From an uncultured Candidatus Rokubacteria bacterium (GTDB lineage: Bacteria; Methylomirabilota; Methylomirabilia; Rokubacteriales; DASRDR01): 64,000 nt of DNA. The notes under the pieces were generated by a model that was not told the DNA's origin, did not search any database, and saw nothing but the letters and a program-made list of their open reading frames with translations. The stretch is from positions 64,001-128,000 of the forward strand of contig CAWDVE010000014.1 of assembly GCA_963805625.1 (NCBI GenBank), in the 5' to 3' direction. Positions 50,220 through 59,550 of the stretch are shown piece by piece. The position numbers were made by a program, and so were the translations under genes. Within the stretch, counting starts at the first letter, position 1; the number at the start of each line of letters is the position of its first letter.

Positions 50220-51045
50220 GCTGGTTGGCGTGTTCGCGTCCAGCCACGCGCCGCTCTTCATCCGCGGCTGGAAAGACATCAAGCCGGACAATCAGCAGAG
50301 CATCATGCGCTCGCTCACCGAGCTCGGCCGGCGCATCACGGCCACCCACCCCGACGTCCTCGTCGAGATCTCGCCCGATCACTGGGTGAATTTCTTCATC
50401 GACAATCTGCCCAGCATCTGCATCGGCGTGGGCGACGTGCACGAAGGGCCCGCAGAGCCGTGGATGAAGGACTGCCCCTTCAAGACCATCGCCGGCCATC
50501 CGCAGCTGGCGAGCCACATCCTTCAGGTCGCGTTCGAGCGCGACTTCGAGCCATCGGTTTCGCACCGTCTGACGCTCGACCACGGCTTCTGCATCCCACT
50601 GTGGAAGAGCGGCCTCGATCCCCTGCCTCCGATCGTTCCGATCATCTTCAATGACCTCGAGCCGCCGTACCCGAGCGTGCAGCGCTGCCTCCAGTGGGGA
50701 ACGATGCTGGCGGAAGCGATCCGCAGCTACCCGCAGGATCTTCGCGTCGCGGTTCTCGCGACCGGCGGCCTGAGTCACTCGATCGGAGAGCCCACGATGG
50801 GTGAGATCGACGAGCCGTTCGACCGTGAATGCATCCGCCACTTCGAGGAAGGCGCCGAGCGCCCCCTGATCGACTTCCTGAACGGGCGGCTGCCCACCAT
50901 CGGCAACGGCGCGGCCGAGATCCGCAACTGGGTGGCCGCCCACGGCGCCGCGGGCAAGCGCGGCTTCGAGCTGATCGGCTATTGCAACTGCCCCGAGGTG
51001 TACGTCGGCTGCGGGTTTGCCTCATGGAACCTCGGCACTCGCTGA
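50212..51045 (+). CDS. LigB/MhpB-like class III extradiol ring-cleavage dioxygenase
   Basis: ASSHAP, SPDHWVNFF, LDHGFCIPL, ATGGLSH, GAAEIRNW. Confidence 0.9.
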   Translation: MAELVGVFASSHAPLFIRGWKDIKPDNQQSIMRSLTELGRRITATHPDVLVEISPDHWVNFFIDNLPSICIGVGDVHEGPAEPWMKDCPFKTIAGHPQLASHILQVAFERDFEPSVSHRLTLDHGFCIPLWKSGLDPLPPIVPIIFNDLEPPYPSVQRCLQWGTMLAEAIRSYPQDLRVAVLATGGLSHSIGEPTMGEIDEPFDRECIRHFEEGAERPLIDFLNGRLPTIGNGAAEIRNWVAAHGAAGKRGFELIGYCNCPEVYVGCGFASWNLGTR

Positions 51046-51189
51046 GCGATCCCCCACCTTGAGCCAAGCGAAGCATCTCCGCTCTCGGAGGCACCGGAGA
51101 CGGACGGCATGGGGTCCGACGAGGGAAAGAGCGCCGCAGTGACGATGTCGAACTACACGGTCTCCGGGACGGGCAGGGTCACCGCGCGC

Positions 51190-51332
51190 AGGACGCGCAC
51201 AAGGGGCGCAGTCGTCAACAACCAGTAGACGGCCACGCGAGCCCGGGCCGGTATCGCCCATCGCCCCGAGCCAGCCGGGGAACATCACGAACACCAGCAT
51301 GAGCATGAAGCCCACGAGCACGAGATGCACGT
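51190..51332 (-). pseudogene. Degraded partial duplicate of the 53589-54029 membrane-protein gene
   Basis: 45-bp exact match between 51288-51332 and 53852-53896, plus about 100 bp of diverged flank. Confidence 0.85.
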
Positions 51333-51393
51333 ACGCGAGGGCAGCCCGACGAGCCGGTTTACGACTGTCGCCGCGGGTCGGCTCGTCGGGCGC

Positions 51394-52917
51394 TCACTTC
51401 TGCTCGATGATGCGCCCCTCGACGGTCGGCGACACCGTAGTGCGCGCCGCGATGTATTCCATGACCACGTTGGCCATCAGCGGACCGCCGCTGGCGTCGA
51501 TGACCGGCCGACCCTTCTTCAGCGAAGCATAGCCATCGCCGCCGGCCATCATGTACTCGTTGGTGGCCAGCCGGTAGGTCGCGGCCGGATCGAGCGGCTT
51601 GCCGCCGATGGTCACCTGTAGCACCCGGTTGCCCCTCGGCCGCTTCGGGTCGAAGGTGAAGGAAAGCCCGGAGACCTGCGGGAACCGGCCGGCCACGTCC
51701 TCGACCAAGCTGACACCCTCCTCCAGCGCGGCCAGCAGGTCGGCGCCGCTGATCTCCAGCAGCACCGTGACGTTGCCGAAAGGCAGCTCAGTGAGGATGT
51801 CCTTGCGGGTCAGCGTCGTGCCCGACGCGTAGGTGCGATCGCCGCGGATGCCGCCGCCATTGGTGACCGCCACGTCGGCCTTCGTGAAGTCGCGGATGGC
51901 GTCCGCGATGAGATTCCCCATCGCGCTCTCCTTGAGGCGCACGGTGGCGCGTCGGGAGTCCAGCTCCACCCCCGTTGTGCCAACGGCCACCTTGAGATTC
52001 TCGTCGAGCTTGGCCTCGTGCTGCTTGACGATCGCCGCGATGGCCGGATCCGGCGCCACCCCGGCGGTCGAGATCACGCGCCACTCGCGCGGCCAGACCT
52101 TCACCTGCGGCCCGCGCTGGGTCTGGACCTTCTCGATCTCGATCCGCGCCACGCCGAGGTAGTGCGCGTCGACCCCGACCTTGAAGATGAACACACCGCT
52201 CTCGTACACGGTCATGGGGTCGTGATCGTGGCCGCTCAGGATGACGTCGATGCCCTTGACCGCGCGGGCGAGCTCGCGGTCCTGGGCGATGGTCAGGTGC
52301 GTCAAGGCCACGATGGCGTCGGCACCCTGATCCTTGAGCTGCTTGACCGCGGCGCGGGCGGTGTCCAGAACTGGCAGGAACTTCACGTCCGGACCCGTGT
52401 TGGACAGGTGGTGCGTGTCGGGGGTGAGAATCCCGAAGAAGCCGATCGTCAGCTCCCCGACCTTCCGGGTCAGGACAGGCACGAGACCCCCGAAGATCTT
52501 CCCATCATCGCCCATGACGTTGGTGCCGAGCCAAGGGAACTTCGATTCGGTGACGCGCTGCTTGAGGACCTCGGAGCCGAAGTCGAATTCGTGGTTCCCG
52601 ACCACGGCGATGTCGAGCCCGATGGCATTCATCAGCTCGATCATCTGCGTCCCTTTGGTGATCCCTGACATCATGGACGAGCCGATGAGGTCGCCCCCGA
52701 GCGTGGTGATCGCGTCGGGCGCCGCGGCGCGCTCCCGCTGTAGGAGGGTCATGAGCGGTGCGATCCCCCCGCGCCCCTCCTTGGGGCTGATCTCGTAGAC
52801 GTCGTTGAGGTGCAGGAAGGTGACCGTGGCCGTCTGGGCGAAGGCCGACACCGCCAGGACGAGAACGACGGCGGCCGTCACGACTGCAGTGCGCACCAGG
52901 GCGGACAGTGAAGGCAT
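51394..52917 (-). CDS. Periplasmic 5'-nucleotidase/UDP-sugar hydrolase (UshA-like)
   Basis: HLNDVY, GGD, GNHEFDFG, LTHL, GHDH, NGGGIRG, LPFGN, FPQVSG; signal peptide; GGAGG RBS. Confidence 0.93.
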   Translation of the reverse strand: MPSLSALVRTAVVTAAVVLVLAVSAFAQTATVTFLHLNDVYEISPKEGRGGIAPLMTLLQRERAAAPDAITTLGGDLIGSSMMSGITKGTQMIELMNAIGLDIAVVGNHEFDFGSEVLKQRVTESKFPWLGTNVMGDDGKIFGGLVPVLTRKVGELTIGFFGILTPDTHHLSNTGPDVKFLPVLDTARAAVKQLKDQGADAIVALTHLTIAQDRELARAVKGIDVILSGHDHDPMTVYESGVFIFKVGVDAHYLGVARIEIEKVQTQRGPQVKVWPREWRVISTAGVAPDPAIAAIVKQHEAKLDENLKVAVGTTGVELDSRRATVRLKESAMGNLIADAIRDFTKADVAVTNGGGIRGDRTYASGTTLTRKDILTELPFGNVTVLLEISGADLLAALEEGVSLVEDVAGRFPQVSGLSFTFDPKRPRGNRVLQVTIGGKPLDPAATYRLATNEYMMAGGDGYASLKKGRPVIDASGGPLMANVVMEYIAARTTVSPTVEGRIIEQK

Positions 52918-53224
52918 GGCAATGACCTCCCTGCGGACAGAGGTTGGGTGGTTCACGCGGTCCCGGTGGGAGCACGAAACGGTCCCTCCCGGGCCCGGCA
53001 GTCTAGCTGACCCGGAGCGCGTCGGGCCAGGGGCCCCGCCGCGCCACGTGCATCGGGAGGTCACACCCTCTCCCCGTCTTCGGCCAGCACGATCTCGAAC
53101 CTCGACCAGGTCCCGCAACATGTATGTCAGCTTTGCGCCAGACGCCCGATGTCGCCCTGTGCGCCGTGCCAAGCACAATCTCGTATGCGCCCGCCGGCCG
53201 TTGCTGTCAAGTCGTGCCCGGATA

Positions 53225-53540
53225 CGTGCCCGGACACGAACAGAGCCGCGCGCGCCGGAACCGAATCAGATCGCGGAGGGGGTTGACGCTGCTCGAACGG
53301 GCGCTGTCGTCGCGCCGGTTCGGCCCGTAGACGCTCGAGGCGGCGATCGCGGCGGTGCACGCCGAGGCCCCCTCCTTGCCGTGACGGACTGTACCACCTG
53401 CGCACTCGGCGCGGGCGGCCCTGTGCGGACGGCTGGGGCGGACAGCGGAAGCCCGAGTCGCCTACCAACGGGCCCACGGCCACACGCGACAGGAGCCGGA
53501 GCGGCGATTTGTCGAGGGACGCCTGCGCAAGCTGCGGGGC
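53225..53540 (+). pseudogene. ECF sigma factor (DUF6596/TPR-tailed type) C-terminal remnant
   Basis: QIAEGLTLLERALSSRRFGP*TLEAAIAAVHAEA...RLGRTAEARVAYQRA...QEPERRFV. Confidence 0.65.
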
Positions 53541-53588
53541 GGAGACACCGAGCGGGCGGACACGGTCACGCACGGCTCGAGCCCACCG

Positions 53589-54029
53589 TCACGGCGAGGG
53601 CGGCGCGGTCCCTCCGGGCATGCGGACGCGGGTCCACATGTTGGCGACGAAGACGATGGCCGACGCAAGCTGACCGAGTCCGCCGAGGGCTGCCAGGGAG
53701 GAGCCGCGGGTACCCGCGGCGGCCGCCGCGAGCTCGCCCAGGACGCGCACGAGGGTCGAGCCCGTCAACAGCCAGTAAACGAGCCAGGCGAGCCCGGGCC
53801 GGTACCGCCCGCCGTCCCGGGCCGGCCGGGGGAACATCCACGTCGCCACCCCGAACACCAGCATGAGCATGAAGCCCACGAGCACGAGATGCACGTGGGC
53901 GGTGATGACCGGCCACGCCACTGCCCGGCCCAGGAGGTTCACCTCGACCGTGATGTAACCGCCCAGGATCAGCCCGAGAAGCAAAAAGGCGAAGCTCGTC
54001 TTGATGTACAGGCGGACCAACGGCGTCAT
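53589..54029 (-). CDS. Four-TM membrane protein (heme-copper oxidase subunit I-like fragment family)
   Basis: TAHVHLVLVGFMLMLVFGVATWMFPRP. Confidence 0.75.
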   Translation of the reverse strand: MTPLVRLYIKTSFAFLLLGLILGGYITVEVNLLGRAVAWPVITAHVHLVLVGFMLMLVFGVATWMFPRPARDGGRYRPGLAWLVYWLLTGSTLVRVLGELAAAAAGTRGSSLAALGGLGQLASAIVFVANMWTRVRMPGGTAPPSP

Positions 54030-54157
54030 GGCGTCCTCACGGTCCCGGGTGGCCGACGCGAAGCGATGGAAGCACAGGCGTCACGTGGGTGCTGGAGCCG
54101 ACGAGCGCCAGCGTAGCATGGCAACCCGTGTCGAGCGGATGCCGCCTACCGCCGCGC

Positions 54158-55576
54158 TCAGCGGCTCCCGATGCGCGCCGGCGTCCAGGGCGGGTCGAAG
54201 GTCAGCCTCACGTCAACCTCCTCCACGCCAGCCATCCCGAGCACTGCGCGGCGCACCCAGTCGGCCATGACGCCGTGCAGAGGGCAACCCGGAGCCGTGA
54301 GGGTCATGGTGACGCGGACGATGCCGCCCTCGACGGCCACCCCGTAGATCAGGCCCAGATCGACTACCGAGAGTCCCAGCTCCGGATCGACGACCGCGCG
54401 GAGCGTCTCCGTCACCCGCTCCGGCGTGACGGCGGGCGCGGCGTCCGAGCCGCCGACGATCTCGCGTCCGCGCGATGCCCCCCTCTGCCCGCCGGCCGGC
54501 TCGTACGCGCAGCCAGGGTCCTCAGCCAGCGGGTCGCCGGTGACCGCATACGCCCGGGCGCGGCTTCCGCCGCAGCGATCGCGGTACTCGCAGCGGCCGC
54601 ACCGGCCGCCGAGCTGCGTCGGATCGCGAAGCGCCCGAAAGAGCGGATCCTCCCGGTAGACCACGACGAGGTCGCGCTCCCGCGCGTTCGCCACCGGGAT
54701 CGGTAGGAACCCGCTCGGACAGATCTCGCCCCGGTGATCGATGAAGACGAACCCGTTCCCGTCAGTCACGGCCCGGGCCGCGCGGCCGATGGCGTCGGGA
54801 CGCATCACGGCCCGGGCGCCGGCGGAGCCGCCGTCCGCCGGGGAGTCCAGTCGCGCGGCCCGCCGGCGCATGGCCGCGACCCGGAGGTACTGGGGCGCCT
54901 CGGTGGTCTTCAGCCCGAAGGGGGCGTGCTCGGCGAGCGCCGCCGCCCAGTGCAGCACACCCTCGATCTCGCCGGCCGAGAGCGCCTGGTGCACCTGGGC
55001 GCGCCCGACCGGGATGAGGAAGAAGAGAGCCCAGAGCGCCGGCTGGATGGCTTCGATCTGCGGGACGAGAGCCGGCAAGTCGTCCACGGTCTGCCGGCAC
55101 ACCGTCGTGTTGACCTGGAGCGGGAGGCCGAGGGCACGTGCCCGCTCGAGAATCCGCAGCGTGTGGCGGTGGGAGCCGTGCACGCCCCGGAATGCGTCGT
55201 GGGTCGCTGCCGTGGCCCCGTCCAGACTCACCGCCAGTCGGCCCAGGCCCGCGTCGCTGAGCGCCCGCAGCTTCTCCTCCGTCACCAGCGCCGTCCCGCT
55301 CGGGGTCAGCGAGACCGTCACCCCGCGCCGCCGCGCGTGGGCGACCAGGTCCACGATGTCCGGCCGCCGCAGGGGATCGCCCCCGGTGAGCACCAGGACC
55401 GGCGGCGGGTCGCTGAACGCCGCCACGCGGTCGATGAGCCGGCAGCCCTCCTCCGTCGTGAGCTCCGCGGGATCCCGCCGCGGGATCGCCTCGGCCCGGC
55501 AATGGACGCACGCCAGCGCACACGCCCGGGTCGTCTCCCAGATGACGATGAAGGGCGCACGGTCGAACGTGGTCAT
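54158..55576 (-). CDS. Radical SAM/SPASM protein (TIGR04053, NirJ/AhbD-like) fused to C-terminal DUF59 domain
   Basis: IWETTRACALACVHCRA, TGGDPL, KTTEAPQY, CGRCEY..CGGSRARAYA.TGD; then VDPELGLSVVDLGLIY..TMTLTAPGCP..FDPPW. Confidence 0.9.
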   Translation of the reverse strand: MTTFDRAPFIVIWETTRACALACVHCRAEAIPRRDPAELTTEEGCRLIDRVAAFSDPPPVLVLTGGDPLRRPDIVDLVAHARRRGVTVSLTPSGTALVTEEKLRALSDAGLGRLAVSLDGATAATHDAFRGVHGSHRHTLRILERARALGLPLQVNTTVCRQTVDDLPALVPQIEAIQPALWALFFLIPVGRAQVHQALSAGEIEGVLHWAAALAEHAPFGLKTTEAPQYLRVAAMRRRAARLDSPADGGSAGARAVMRPDAIGRAARAVTDGNGFVFIDHRGEICPSGFLPIPVANARERDLVVVYREDPLFRALRDPTQLGGRCGRCEYRDRCGGSRARAYAVTGDPLAEDPGCAYEPAGGQRGASRGREIVGGSDAAPAVTPERVTETLRAVVDPELGLSVVDLGLIYGVAVEGGIVRVTMTLTAPGCPLHGVMADWVRRAVLGMAGVEEVDVRLTFDPPWTPARIGSR

Positions 55577-56880
55577 CGCGGCTCAGCCGGAAGCGGCGCC
55601 GGGACGGGACGGCCGCCCGGGCCGGGGAGCAGGGGGAGGAGGGTCCGCCCCAGCGCGGCCGCGAACGCCACGGCCCCGGCGGCGACGGCGGTGGCCGACG
55701 CCGTGATGGCCGGGCGCACCCCGGTGGCGACTGCGAGGGCGAGCGCGAGCGTGCCGCCCGTCAGAAGACCGTAGGCCAAGCGCTCGGCGGACGGCCAGGA
55801 CAGCTGGGCGAGCATCGGCACCGGCTCGCGGCCGGCGCGTGGCGCGTAGACGCGATACCAGACCAGGAACGGCACGATCTTGAGCATCATGCCCACGATC
55901 GTGAACGACACCCAGCCGCCGAGGGCGATGATGGCGTAGGCCATTGCCGCGCGCGGGCCGCCGTCGAGCGCGAGCATGAGACCCAGCGCGGCGCCCGGCG
56001 CGAGGCACGCGGTCCCCGTGAGCGCGAACCGGAGTCCGCTGTCGACAGCCGGGCGCTTCCGGCGCCGCGCAAAGTGGATCACCCACGTCGCGTGGACCGC
56101 CAGCGCCGCGGCCACAGTGGCGGCACCCGCGACCAGGAGCGTGACGCGCCCGAGAAGCAGGCCTGCCGCCAGCACCGGAACACCCAGTCCGAGTCCCCAG
56201 AGCTGGACCCGCGCCCCGCGGCCGTCGGGCTCCGGTGCAAGCAGGAACATGGGGTAGACCCGCGCCGCGACCCCCAGGATCATCGGCGCGATCCAGCCGA
56301 GGAGGGCCAGGTGAAAGTGGGCCTGCACGGCCGAGAGAACGCCACCCGGGAACACGTCGCGGCCGTGGGTGGCGGCCAGCGTGATGCCAAACCCGACCGT
56401 CAGCGTGAGCCCCGCGAGCCCGAGCGCGAGACTGCGGGCGGTGAACGTCCAGCGCGCCACCGCCCGAAGGGTCAGCGCGACGTTGACCACGTGAGCCAGG
56501 GCGCCCGCGCCCACCAGCGCGGCTGCCCACCCCATGCCCGCCCATCGCCCGGTCCAGAAATGGCTGACCATCCCGACGATACCCGCGACGAGCGCTGTCA
56601 GCTGCCAGCGCGCGAGGCGCTCGCTCCAGAGCGGCCGCTCGATCGCGACCGGGATCAGCTGGTAGCTCGCCCCCATGATCGCCAGCGTGATCCAGCCGAG
56701 GGCAACGACGTGCACGAGGGCGAGGAGCCGCGGGTGGTAGTAGTGCCCCGTCAGCTCGGCGCCGAGGGCGGGAAGGCTGAGCGCGGCCAGGACGAACGCC
56801 ATGGCGGCCGCCCCGAGGTAGGCGAGCGGCAGCGTCACGGACGGAGGGGACGCGGACCCTCGGGTCGGGAGGGGGATCAC
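55573..56880 (-). CDS. Polytopic membrane protein (heme-copper oxidase subunit I/NnrS-like family)
   Basis: LVHVVALGWITLAIMGASYQLIPV, AHFHLALLGW, GMMLKIVPFLVW. Confidence 0.75.
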   Translation of the reverse strand: MIPLPTRGSASPPSVTLPLAYLGAAAMAFVLAALSLPALGAELTGHYYHPRLLALVHVVALGWITLAIMGASYQLIPVAIERPLWSERLARWQLTALVAGIVGMVSHFWTGRWAGMGWAAALVGAGALAHVVNVALTLRAVARWTFTARSLALGLAGLTLTVGFGITLAATHGRDVFPGGVLSAVQAHFHLALLGWIAPMILGVAARVYPMFLLAPEPDGRGARVQLWGLGLGVPVLAAGLLLGRVTLLVAGAATVAAALAVHATWVIHFARRRKRPAVDSGLRFALTGTACLAPGAALGLMLALDGGPRAAMAYAIIALGGWVSFTIVGMMLKIVPFLVWYRVYAPRAGREPVPMLAQLSWPSAERLAYGLLTGGTLALALAVATGVRPAITASATAVAAGAVAFAAALGRTLLPLLPGPGGRPVPAPLPAEPR

Positions 56881-57416
56881 GCCCGCGAGTCCTCCCGCCA
56901 GATCGCGATGCGGACCAGCCCGGGTTCGGGTTCGTCCGTGGCGTGGCAGAAGCCGCGCTCGTCAAGCTGAGGGTAGAGGAACAGGGGGCGGCGGTCGTGA
57001 AGCACCTCGAGCCGACCCCCGGGCCCCAGCCGCTCGATGGCCTCCAGGGCCCGCACCATCGGCCAGGGTGGCTCCATACCGCGAACGTCGAGACGGATCA
57101 CGCCCTGGTCTCCGCGGACCGGCGGTACGATGGCCGCCGGCGTCGCCTTCGGTGCCGAGGTTGCAGCAGGCGCCTGACGGTAGAACCAGATCCACCAGTC
57201 ACCCGGCGCCCGGCGCTCGGCGCGGTGGGCAAAGCCTCGAGCCCCCAGCACCTTGTAGAGCGGCAGCGGCTCGAATGGAACGTGCAGGACCAGCGCCTCG
57301 TCCGGACCGAGCTCGCCGACGGCCGCGACGATCCTCTGGAGCGGCTCCGCGCCCTGTTCGATGTCCCCTCGGACGTCGAGGTGCCGCTCCGCGGCGAAGC
57401 CCACCGGTGAGCTCAC
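56877..57416 (-). CDS. Tandem DUF2249 (TusA-like) protein
   Basis: LDVR....G.EP...I...PFEPLPLYKVL..RGF; LDVRGMEPPWPMVRAL...HDRRPLFLYPQL.ERGF. Confidence 0.85.
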   Translation of the reverse strand: MSSPVGFAAERHLDVRGDIEQGAEPLQRIVAAVGELGPDEALVLHVPFEPLPLYKVLGARGFAHRAERRAPGDWWIWFYRQAPAATSAPKATPAAIVPPVRGDQGVIRLDVRGMEPPWPMVRALEAIERLGPGGRLEVLHDRRPLFLYPQLDERGFCHATDEPEPGLVRIAIWREDSRA

Positions 57417-57685
57417 GTCCCGTCTCTCCAGTCAGCATCGAGCGCCTCCAGCACTGTCTCGACGGCGACCCCCGCCGACGCTGCCGCTTGCGAGAGCGTC
57501 AGGCGCCCGCCGCAGCAGGTGTCGATGCCGAACCCCCGCAGGATCTCGGCTGCGCGCGGCGACCGCCGCGCCGCGTCCTTGACGGTCTCCGCGGAACCAT
57601 TGGGGCGACGGCCTTCCGTGCACACCGTGGCGCCCGGGTCGACTGTCACGCCGTGCTTGCATCCACATCCAGATGTCTCGCCCAT
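57413..57685 (-). CDS. Stand-alone DUF542 (ScdA/Ric N-terminal) domain protein
   Basis: FGIDTCCGGRLTLSQAA; GAGGAGG RBS before MGETSGCGCKH. Confidence 0.8.
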   Translation of the reverse strand: MGETSGCGCKHGVTVDPGATVCTEGRRPNGSAETVKDAARRSPRAAEILRGFGIDTCCGGRLTLSQAAASAGVAVETVLEALDADWRDGT

Positions 57686-57708
57686 GGGCCTCGTCCTCCT
57701 CGCTGCCG

Positions 57709-57753
57709 AGCCTACGTCGCCCGCGGTCCGCCCCCTATGACCCTGGTCATAGG
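57709..57753 (-). promoter_or_regulatory. Crp/Fnr-type class II internal promoter
   Basis: CCTATGAC-CCTG-GTCATAGG palindrome (57734-57753), centred 41.5 nt upstream of the start implied by -10 TAGGCT (57714-57709). Confidence 0.65.
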
Positions 57754-59019
57754 CCAGCCTCGCCGACGGATGACGGTACCGACGAAGCCCGCTCCCAGAC
57801 AGGCCAGTGCCACCCACACGAGGGCCCCCGAGAACGGCAGGAGCCAGAGGATGGCCTCAACCCCGTAGTCCGCCAGGGCCTCCGAGGTCCGGAGGAGGAC
57901 GGCCGCGAGCAGCGCCCCGAATGCCACCTCGCGCAGTCTCGGCCACGGGAGGGCCACACCCTCGACCACCGGGATCAGCCGGAACCCCATCCCCACGACC
58001 ATCGACGTGAGCAGGCCCACCGTCACGAGGTGACGGAGGGCGTCGGCAAGGAGGCTCAGCGGGACCGCCGCCCAGGCGAGAACCGCGGCGCCTGCCGATC
58101 CCACCGCGGCAACGGCCGCCGCGAGCATCGCCATCCGGAAGAGCCGCGTCTCGGGCCCGCCCCGGGCCAGGAGCGGCAGGGCGCCGCCCGGGGCCCGCCG
58201 GAAGGCGCCGCCGCTCAGGGCAACCGTAGCGACCATCCCCAGGGCGAGGGCCTCCCCCGACCGCTCGAGCGCCGCCCGCGTCACGTCGGACCACGGTCCG
58301 GCGACGCCCACTCCCGCGAGGACGACACCCAGCCCGAGCGCCGCCGGAACCACCCGGGCCATCGTGTCGGGCACTCTCCATCGTGAGACCAGCATCGGCC
58401 CGGCCCTCAGCACGACGCCGACGATCCATCCCACGACACCCCCGTAGATCGCCATCGCGTGCGCGGCCCGCATCCCCCCGACGTCCGGGCCGCCATCCAC
58501 GGTCGCCCAAGCGCGGAGGCCCGCCTCGAGGACGAGGGCCGCGACGAGCCAGGCCGTGGCCGGGGTCAGATGCTTTCGCGTGAGCCGGAGATGCGGCGCG
58601 TCGAGTGCTCGCGCCACCCAGGCGCCGAAGAGCCCAAAGGCGAGCGCCTGGAGTAGCGCGGCCACCACCACCGGCGCGGCCGACCCGGCGGCCGCGCCGG
58701 CGACGCGAAGCCCAAGCGCGGCGCCGAGCGCGACCACGAGCCATCGTGTCCAAGGCGTCACGGCCACCGGTCGTCCGGCGAACCTCGGGACGAGGTGATG
58801 GGCGACGCCGACGATCAGCGTTCCGAAGAAGCCGAAGATCTGCAGATGGGCGTGGAGCCACACGGACTCGACCGGGACGGGGCCCCCGCCCCAGTAGAGC
58901 CGCGTCAACATCCAGGTCCCGAGGGGCGTGCCGACCAGGAGCGTCGTCGCCAGCGCGATCAGGGCGAACGGCCGATAGACGGGCGGCTCACGGACAGACG
59001 GGGCCGGGCCGGACAACAT
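57712..59019 (-). CDS. NnrS-like membrane protein
   Basis: YRPF, LHAHLQIFGFFGTLIVGV, ADALRHLVTVG; many TM helices. Confidence 0.75.
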   Translation of the reverse strand: MLSGPAPSVREPPVYRPFALIALATTLLVGTPLGTWMLTRLYWGGGPVPVESVWLHAHLQIFGFFGTLIVGVAHHLVPRFAGRPVAVTPWTRWLVVALGAALGLRVAGAAAGSAAPVVVAALLQALAFGLFGAWVARALDAPHLRLTRKHLTPATAWLVAALVLEAGLRAWATVDGGPDVGGMRAAHAMAIYGGVVGWIVGVVLRAGPMLVSRWRVPDTMARVVPAALGLGVVLAGVGVAGPWSDVTRAALERSGEALALGMVATVALSGGAFRRAPGGALPLLARGGPETRLFRMAMLAAAVAAVGSAGAAVLAWAAVPLSLLADALRHLVTVGLLTSMVVGMGFRLIPVVEGVALPWPRLREVAFGALLAAVLLRTSEALADYGVEAILWLLPFSGALVWVALACLGAGFVGTVIRRRGWPMTRVIGGGPRAT

Positions 59020-59058
59020 CGATGCCAGGACGAGCCCTCAGCGCACGGGCGTGATGGC

Positions 59059-59523
59059 TTACGGGACCTCGTCGAGCCGGTACATGGCATGGCATGCCAC
59101 GCAGTTCCCGGTGACCAGGGCCAGTCCCCGGATCGCGTCGTCCCGAGTCCCGCCGTTCTTGATCCTGTCGGCCAGGTCGTCGAACGCCCGGTGTGCCTGC
59201 AGCCCCAGCTGCCGAAAGGGCGGCAGGAGGCGCCGCATGACCTCGGGGTCCATCTCGACGGCCATTGCCGTGCCGGAGGCCCGAGCGGCCTTCTCCGCCG
59301 CGACCAGGTCGTTCGCGACCACGGCGTGGAGAACGGCGTTGACGGACTCGAGCATGTGCCGCATCTCGGCGAGAACCTTGTCGCGAGCCGGCGGCGGCAG
59401 CCCGAGTCGCTGTCGCGCGTCTCCCGGTGGCTGGCCACTGCCGGTGCCAGCCACGCCCAGCATGATGCCCAGCATCGCGAGACTCGCCGTGACCCTTCGT
59501 ACAGGGAATGCGCCACGTCGCAT
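59059..59523 (-). CDS. Periplasmic cytochrome c (class II, c'-like)
   Basis: Signal peptide, C-terminal CVACH, AAGGAGG RBS. Confidence 0.85.
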   Translation of the reverse strand: MRRGAFPVRRVTASLAMLGIMLGVAGTGSGQPPGDARQRLGLPPPARDKVLAEMRHMLESVNAVLHAVVANDLVAAEKAARASGTAMAVEMDPEVMRRLLPPFRQLGLQAHRAFDDLADRIKNGGTRDDAIRGLALVTGNCVACHAMYRLDEVP

Positions 59524-59550
59524 CCGATCCTCCTTGGCGCGGCGCTGTGT

